Part shown: one piece after another, positions 58,242 to 64,000 of the stretch
How the letters are laid out: every line of letters begins with the position of its first letter
Numbering within the stretch: position 1 is the first letter of the stretch
NCBI GenBank assembly: GCA_014803525.1
Contig: JAAVBP010000006.1
Span: forward strand, 5,430 to 69,429
Length of the DNA: 64,000 bases
Direction: 5' to 3'
From: a bacterium
GTDB lineage: Bacteria > Pseudomonadota > Alphaproteobacteria > Rs-D84
Notes under the pieces: model-generated
Told to the model about the DNA's origin: nothing
Database searches by the model: none
The model's input: only the letters and a program-made list of their open reading frames with translations
Program-made: the position numbers and the translations under genes

Positions 58242-59231
58242 TTATTTCACCAACCCCAAATGTGCATAGCCTGCCTCGGTTACAATGCGACCGCGGGGCG
58301 TGCGCTGAATAAAGCCCAGTTGCATCAGATACGGCTCTATTACATCTTCTATAGTATCCGCGGGCTCTGACAATGCCGCCGCCAGGTTTTCAATTCCAAC
58401 CGGGCCGCCGGCATAGTGCCGAATAATCGTCGTCATATACTCACGATCAATTTGATCCAGACCGCATTCATCAATATGTAATTGGAATAGGGTCGTCTTG
58501 ATAGTGTCACTCGAAATTTCCCGCTTGTCAAGTGCGCCCGCAAAATCGCGTGCACGTTTTAGCAATCTGTTCGCAATACGCGGCGTGCCACGCGACGCCC
58601 GCGCCAGCATTAACGCCCCCGCATCATCAATCGGCGCACCAAGAATCCGCGCACTGCGTGAAATAATTTTGGCCAAATCTTCCGGCGAATAAAAAGTCAG
58701 GCGCAAATCAATACCAAAACGGTCACGCAGAGGATTCGACAGCAATCCCGTCCGCGTCGTCGCACCCACCAACGTAAACGGGGGCAGGTCGATGCGAACG
58801 CTTTTTGCGCTGGGCCCTTCGCCCAGCATGATGTCCAGCTTAAAATCCTCCATCGCGGAATAGAGCACTTCTTCAATCGCGGTCGGCAAACGATGAATCT
58901 CATCAATAAACAGAACATCCATCGGTTCCAGCGCGGTAAGTATCGCCGCCAAATCGCCTTGCTTGGTCAGCATCGGCGCCGCCGTTGCACGGAAATTTGT
59001 ACCCAATTCATTTGCAACAATATGTGCCAGCGTCGTTTTACCCAGCCCCGGCGGCCCATACAGCAAAACATGGTCCATCGCCTCGCCGCGGCCCCGCGCA
59101 CCAGATATAAACACCGATAAATTTTGTTTCAGACTTTCATGTCCGATAAAGTCCGACAAGCTACGCGGGCGAATTGACGCAGAAATATCGTCCGGAATAT
59201 TCGCATCTAAAAAGCGCTCTGATGTATTCAT
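58242..59231 (-). CDS. ruvB: Holliday junction branch migration helicase RuvB
   Basis: [43 protein letters not shown]. Confidence 0.97.
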   Translation of the reverse strand: MNTSERFLDANIPDDISASIRPRSLSDFIGHESLKQNLSVFISGARGRGEAMDHVLLYGPPGLGKTTLAHIVANELGTNFRATAAPMLTKQGDLAAILTALEPMDVLFIDEIHRLPTAIEEVLYSAMEDFKLDIMLGEGPSAKSVRIDLPPFTLVGATTRTGLLSNPLRDRFGIDLRLTFYSPEDLAKIISRSARILGAPIDDAGALMLARASRGTPRIANRLLKRARDFAGALDKREISSDTIKTTLFQLHIDECGLDQIDREYMTTIIRHYAGGPVGIENLAAALSEPADTIEDVIEPYLMQLGFIQRTPRGRIVTEAGYAHLGLVK

Positions 59232-59232
59232 A

Positions 59233-59892
59233 TTATAACAACTTATCTTCTGCATTTTCACGACCAACATAGGCCTTTAGGTCATTATACATCTGGCGCA
59301 GGTCGGCCGGCGCACTGTAATTCGCATCAGCATTTTTTACACGGATTGTTTCCAGGTCTATCTGGGCCTGCTTTTTCAAAACCTGGGTCAGGTGCCCCGC
59401 AAACGCGCGCGCATCATCAGATTCCGCCGCACCCTGCAACAATAACCCACGATTTGGACGCGGTGATAAAAATGCAAAATCCGACACGGACGCATCCGGC
59501 GAAACCAGCGCAAAGCCGGAAACCTCTGGCCGACGCATCATCGCCTGGAGCACATACCACGCACCCAGCCCATGACCTGCCAACCATATTTTATCACTAT
59601 CCTCATTATGATTTTGAATCCAATCAATTACCGTCGCAATATCCAGCATATTGTCTGCCGTCGTACCAACCGCACCCTCGGAATCATTTACACCACGATA
59701 ATTAAACCGAACAACGGAAAATCCAATATCCATAAATGCACGAAACATTGCATATGACACACGGTCGTTCATATGATATTTCTGGCGCGGATTCCCCGAC
59801 AATATAACCGCCAACGGCGCCGCCGGCGTGGCCGATTTATGATATACGGCATGCAATTTGCCGGATTCGCCTGTTATTATGATATCAACCAT
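59233..59892 (-). CDS. Alpha/beta hydrolase-fold protein (Atu1826-like) lacking catalytic residues
   Basis: RFNYRGV..SEG, MRRPE and DFAFLSP match the family. Nucleophile elbow reads GHGLG. Confidence 0.8.
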   Translation of the reverse strand: MVDIIITGESGKLHAVYHKSATPAAPLAVILSGNPRQKYHMNDRVSYAMFRAFMDIGFSVVRFNYRGVNDSEGAVGTTADNMLDIATVIDWIQNHNEDSDKIWLAGHGLGAWYVLQAMMRRPEVSGFALVSPDASVSDFAFLSPRPNRGLLLQGAAESDDARAFAGHLTQVLKKQAQIDLETIRVKNADANYSAPADLRQMYNDLKAYVGRENAEDKLL

Positions 59893-60030
59893 GCGTTCCA
59901 CCTTTTCTTATGTATTTCAGTCATACTTATAGAACAAAAGCATTTCCATTTTCAATAAAAATATTTTTGCTTTGACACGCATGCGCTAAATGTTCTAATA
60001 TTTCAGCACGAGAGGATAAAAGGCTTTGAT

Positions 60031-60954
60031 ATGTCTAGATTTATTTTAATGACCATTTTTGCATTTTTATACACGACCACCGCGATGGCGTACGAGGATG
60101 CAATGATTGACAATTTTCAGACGATATATACCGAAACCCCGGTTCAGTCTTATTATGCATATCCGGACGATCCGAACTTTATCCCGGAAACCGAGTTTAT
60201 GAACCGCGCAGACAGTCTGAACTATGACCAAACAATTTTAGACGCCCAGGCGGCGGAATACTATGCACATCCCGGCGTATCATTTGCATCGCGCCCCATG
60301 GTGATATGCCGCGACTTTGGTTGCACGCGCCTGAACGACAAAATAACACGCACATTTTTGTTTAACAGCATTGCAAACATGTTCATGATGAATTCGCATT
60401 CACGCGTATATATATGCGAGGCCGACCCATTCTCGCGCGATTGTCTGCAATCTGGAATTTCCTTTCCGGTACGCAGCGGTATCGCAAACGCAATGGTAAA
60501 GATACCAAAGGCAACAATATCCCAGGTAAACATTTCAACTGGCATGTCCAAGGCAACAGTTGGTATGACATATGAATTCTTGGTAAACGGAATTGACCGC
60601 CGATGCGAACCAACCGTTATGGATATCGTAATTCCGATTAATTCACAGGCAACACTGTCCAATCGTGAATTTGCCTGTAACATGACCAGCGACGGGATGA
60701 CAAATGTTTCCCTGATGGTAAATATCGACTATATCGATTTGGACTATGGTATTATGGGTGGGTATTATTCACTGGGGCTGCAGGGGCCAACAACCGGCGG
60801 CGGCACTGGATACGCACTGTTCAAAACAGAATTCACAACAAATGGTATGAAGTTCCGGACCGCAATAGACAGCAACACAGAATCAAACGGCGTCGGCAAT
60901 GCCGTACGCACGATTCAGCCGGGCGAATATGCAGTCGAACCAATGCAGAAATAA
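60031..60954 (+). CDS. Secreted hypothetical protein with six Cys
   Basis: Signal peptide ending AMA. Stop overlaps the response regulator start (TAATG). Confidence 0.7.
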   Translation: MSRFILMTIFAFLYTTTAMAYEDAMIDNFQTIYTETPVQSYYAYPDDPNFIPETEFMNRADSLNYDQTILDAQAAEYYAHPGVSFASRPMVICRDFGCTRLNDKITRTFLFNSIANMFMMNSHSRVYICEADPFSRDCLQSGISFPVRSGIANAMVKIPKATISQVNISTGMSKATVGMTYEFLVNGIDRRCEPTVMDIVIPINSQATLSNREFACNMTSDGMTNVSLMVNIDYIDLDYGIMGGYYSLGLQGPTTGGGTGYALFKTEFTTNGMKFRTAIDSNTESNGVGNAVRTIQPGEYAVEPMQK

Positions 60955-61616
60955 TGGATAAAACTGTTCTTATTATTGATGATGATGAAATGTTGCGACG
61001 CACATTGGCCGCTGGTCTACGGGCCGAAGGCTTTGACGTAATCGGTGCAGAATCTGCCATGCACGCATCAAAAATTTTAGAAAAAATGCACGTTGCTGCC
61101 ATCGTTCTGGATCGCATGATGGTGGGCCAAGATGGGTTGAGCTTTCTGATCAATTTGCGCGCAACGGGTGACACAACGCCCGTTATAATGCTTACCGCGC
61201 TCAGTGGGCCCGAAAACGCAATCGCTGGCTTATCGGGTGGCGCGAATGATTATCTGGCAAAGCCATTCCAAATGAAAGAATTGATTTTGCGTCTAAACAA
61301 TATAATGAAAAACAACCCCAGCACAGGCCCATCCTTGCCACCGGGCTTGATATTCACAGATGGGGAATTTTTTATTCAAACGGATAACACACCGGCGCGC
61401 GCGCTGGCACTGTCTGGCGAAGAAAAACGCCTGTTGTCGCGTTTAACATCACCAATTGGCAATATTGCACCTGCCGCGCCCATGGTAGCAAAACGCTTGC
61501 GTACGAAATTAAATAGTGTATTATCGCATATAGACATAATCACAATTCGCGGGCATGGTTACAAAATTGTCACCAATACACCCGTGATAATAACAAAAAA
61601 CAAGGATACGGTATGA
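60954..61616 (+). CDS. OmpR-family response regulator
   Basis: IIDDD, VLDRMM, IMLTA, DYLAKPF receiver motifs. Shortened winged helix ending TIRGHGY. Confidence 0.9.
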   Translation: MDKTVLIIDDDEMLRRTLAAGLRAEGFDVIGAESAMHASKILEKMHVAAIVLDRMMVGQDGLSFLINLRATGDTTPVIMLTALSGPENAIAGLSGGANDYLAKPFQMKELILRLNNIMKNNPSTGPSLPPGLIFTDGEFFIQTDNTPARALALSGEEKRLLSRLTSPIGNIAPAAPMVAKRLRTKLNSVLSHIDIITIRGHGYKIVTNTPVIITKNKDTV

Positions 61617-62893
61617 CCATAATTCCACGCAGCTTTCTTTGGCGTACAATTTTAATGATTTTAATACCGCTTGTTGTGGCATTGACCATTGTTGCCAATG
61701 TATTTTTCGGCAATCACTGGGACCGCGTACATGCAACCCTGGCACGCGGTCTGGCGGGCGAGGTTGCGACAATGATGGACTTTATGGACACAGGCAACAC
61801 CACTGCGACCCAGGCAATGGCAGAGCGTATTGGTATAAACGTCACTGTAAACGATCATCTGAACCGCCCAAAACATAATGACAATGATTCTATAGAGGCA
61901 GGCCCATTGGCCCACGAGTTATCACGTCGTGTTAATCGGCCATCATCGGTATACATAGACAAAGGCAAACGCCTGATATTTATCGATATCCCGACCCGTG
62001 ACGGCAAAATTGCCACATTCGCAACAACGCTGTACAGGATTTATTCCACCAGCACAGAGGTATTTTTGATCTGGTTACTGGGGTCACTGTTGATTGTGTC
62101 GGTATTGATCACACCGTTTATTATCATTCACACACGCAGCATTCGCAGAATTGCACGTGCGGCGTCCCGATTTGGCCGCGGATTGGATGCACCGGGATTT
62201 GAGCCAACCGGATCCAAAGAAATACGCGAAGCTGCCGGCGCAATGATAAAGATGAAAGAACGCCTGGACCGCTATAACAGAACCCGCACAGACATGCTAA
62301 ACGCGGTCAGCCACGACCTAAAGGCGCCATTGACCCGCATGCGTTTAGGGGTCGAAACAGGTGCCGCAAATAAAAAAGATCTGTTGCGCGACATCGACAG
62401 AATGACAGAAATGGTAAACGGATATCTGGCGTTTGCGCGTGGTGAAACACCAGAAATAGAGCAGGCAACCGAACTGCCAGCGATGCTGACGCGTCTGGCA
62501 CGCGATGCGGCACCATCTAAAAAGATTATCACAGAATTTCCGGATACCCCCGCACAATTCTATGCGCATCCGATGGCATTGGCCCAGGCATTTGGCAACA
62601 TCATCGAAAACGCGGCCAGATATTCGAATAAGAAAATCAAAATAACCGAAATCGATGAGCCAGAACAGGTAGAGGTTATTATTGAGGATGACGGCCCAGG
62701 CATTCCGGACGATAAAAAGCGTGACGCAATGCGCCCATTTGTGCGCCTGGATGAATCCCGCAGTGCCGACACAGGCGGCACGGGGTTGGGCCTGTCTATT
62801 GCGCAGACAGCGATTGAAAATCACGGTGGTCAATTGTTTCTGGAAGACAGCGAACTGGGCGGCCTGCGTGTAAGAGTTGTTTTACCGATATAA
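61613..62893 (+). CDS. EnvZ-like sensor histidine kinase
   Basis: Two TMs, HAMP, SHDLKAPLTR H-box, NAARY, DDGPGI, GTGLGLSI. Confidence 0.93.
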   Translation: MTIIPRSFLWRTILMILIPLVVALTIVANVFFGNHWDRVHATLARGLAGEVATMMDFMDTGNTTATQAMAERIGINVTVNDHLNRPKHNDNDSIEAGPLAHELSRRVNRPSSVYIDKGKRLIFIDIPTRDGKIATFATTLYRIYSTSTEVFLIWLLGSLLIVSVLITPFIIIHTRSIRRIARAASRFGRGLDAPGFEPTGSKEIREAAGAMIKMKERLDRYNRTRTDMLNAVSHDLKAPLTRMRLGVETGAANKKDLLRDIDRMTEMVNGYLAFARGETPEIEQATELPAMLTRLARDAAPSKKIITEFPDTPAQFYAHPMALAQAFGNIIENAARYSNKKIKITEIDEPEQVEVIIEDDGPGIPDDKKRDAMRPFVRLDESRSADTGGTGLGLSIAQTAIENHGGQLFLEDSELGGLRVRVVLPI

Positions 62894-62908
62894 TGGATGT
62901 TATAAAAA

Positions 62909-64000
62909 ATGAATTTATATAAATATGTATCTGATGCAATTAATGAAAAATTGGGAACTGCTGTAAACCTGGAAACGCCACGCAATCGTGAATTCGGGGA
63001 CTTTTCAACCAACGCCGCAATGGTTATGGCAAAGGGCGCCGGGAAAAATCCGCGTTCATTGGCGGCAGAATTGTTGCCCCAAATAGCAGATCTTGATTTT
63101 GTGGCCGACGCATCAATTGCAGGCCCAGGTTTCATTAATATAAAATTAAAAGATGATTTTATTTGGCACGCGGCAAAAGATGCAACAAAAATCACCCAGC
63201 CGACACAGCTGGCCATCGATATGGATTACGGTTCTTACAATGTTGCAAAATCATTGCATATTGGGCATCTGCGCACATCCATTGTCGGCGACACATTGAA
63301 CCGCGTGGCCCGTTTTTTAGGTCACAGAACGGTTTCTTATAATCATATTGGCGACTGGGGTCGTCCAATGGGTCTGGTTATTGCACATATAGAAAGCCTG
63401 CATCCGGATTGGCCTTTTTTTGAGCCAGATTTTGACGCAGAAAAAATCAACCAGGCCGACTATCAGATAACCGCAGCGGAATTGGACACATACTATCCGA
63501 CAGCATCTGCACGTGGGAAAGAAGATCCGGAATTCTTAGATCATGCCCGCAAAATCACCGCCGACCTGCAGAACGGACATCCGGGCTATACCGCACTGTA
63601 CAATTTGTTTTTGGCGGTATCGCTGGATATGATGGACGGCATAATAAACAAGCTGAACATGATGCCGTTTGATAAGACGCTGGGCGAACGCAATGCATCA
63701 ATGCATCTGGACGTGGTTGAAAAAATGTTGCGTGATCGCAACTTACTGACCCTGAGTGATGGCGCAGAAATTGTAACCGTGCGTCGCGACACTGATTCCG
63801 AGCCAATGCCGCCGTTTATGTTCTATAACTCACGCGGGGCCGACACTTACGAGGCAACAGATCTGGCCGCAATATGGTACCGTAAAACGAACGACAACCC
63901 GGATAAAATATGGTATCTAACAGATGCGCGTCAACAGTTGCACTTTAAACAGGTATTCCGCGTGGCGGAAATGTTGGATCTGTTTCCAACAGAAAATTTG
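62909..64000 (+). CDS. argS: Arginine--tRNA ligase (3' end runs off window)
   Basis: Manual translation gives FGDFSTN...GPGFINI...NVAKSLHIGHLR...NHIGDWG. Confidence 0.93.
   Translation, partial: MNLYKYVSDAINEKLGTAVNLETPRNREFGDFSTNAAMVMAKGAGKNPRSLAAELLPQIADLDFVADASIAGPGFINIKLKDDFIWHAAKDATKITQPTQLAIDMDYGSYNVAKSLHIGHLRTSIVGDTLNRVARFLGHRTVSYNHIGDWGRPMGLVIAHIESLHPDWPFFEPDFDAEKINQADYQITAAELDTYYPTASARGKEDPEFLDHARKITADLQNGHPGYTALYNLFLAVSLDMMDGIINKLNMMPFDKTLGERNASMHLDVVEKMLRDRNLLTLSDGAEIVTVRRDTDSEPMPPFMFYNSRGADTYEATDLAAIWYRKTNDNPDKIWYLTDARQQLHFKQVFRVAEMLDLFPTENL

Overview
Gene-dense chromosomal segment of a divergent alphaproteobacterium. TrcR/DUF1013, DUF2155, a TipN/GPR-like protein and the ruvB-ybgC-tolQRA order support that assignment. 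The compact genes, a clostridial-type GDH and Cys-rich/LRR surface proteins suggest a streamlined gut lineage such as Rs-D84, but that placement is inference. The window holds about 60 CDS, mostly housekeeping (accDA fusion, cysS, rpoD, split addA, recN, xseA, tsaD, rpsP-rimM-trmD-rplS, GDH, pfkA, dnaK, rplY, parC, gpmI, rsmH, dnaE, secA, ruvB, tol genes, argS), plus tRNA-Ser(GCT), tRNA-Gly(CCC) and RNase P RNA. No integrase, transposase, CRISPR array or prophage is visible. The strongest unexplained signal is that 12 accessory ORFs from several unrelated families, scattered between and inside core operons, all end in Arg-stop, typically Q-[KRT]-x-R. None of the other 47 complete CDS ends in Arg. 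This is a candidate C-terminal export or targeting signal defining a putative effector repertoire. Other highlights: a twice-repeated three-way-junction RNA motif upstream of a 31-aa-repeat LRR surface protein, an RpoD lacking the first Trp of the W-dyad, four Cys-rich microproteins inside the rpsP operon, an orphan AbiEii paired with a phosphoesterase, and several leaderless genes.
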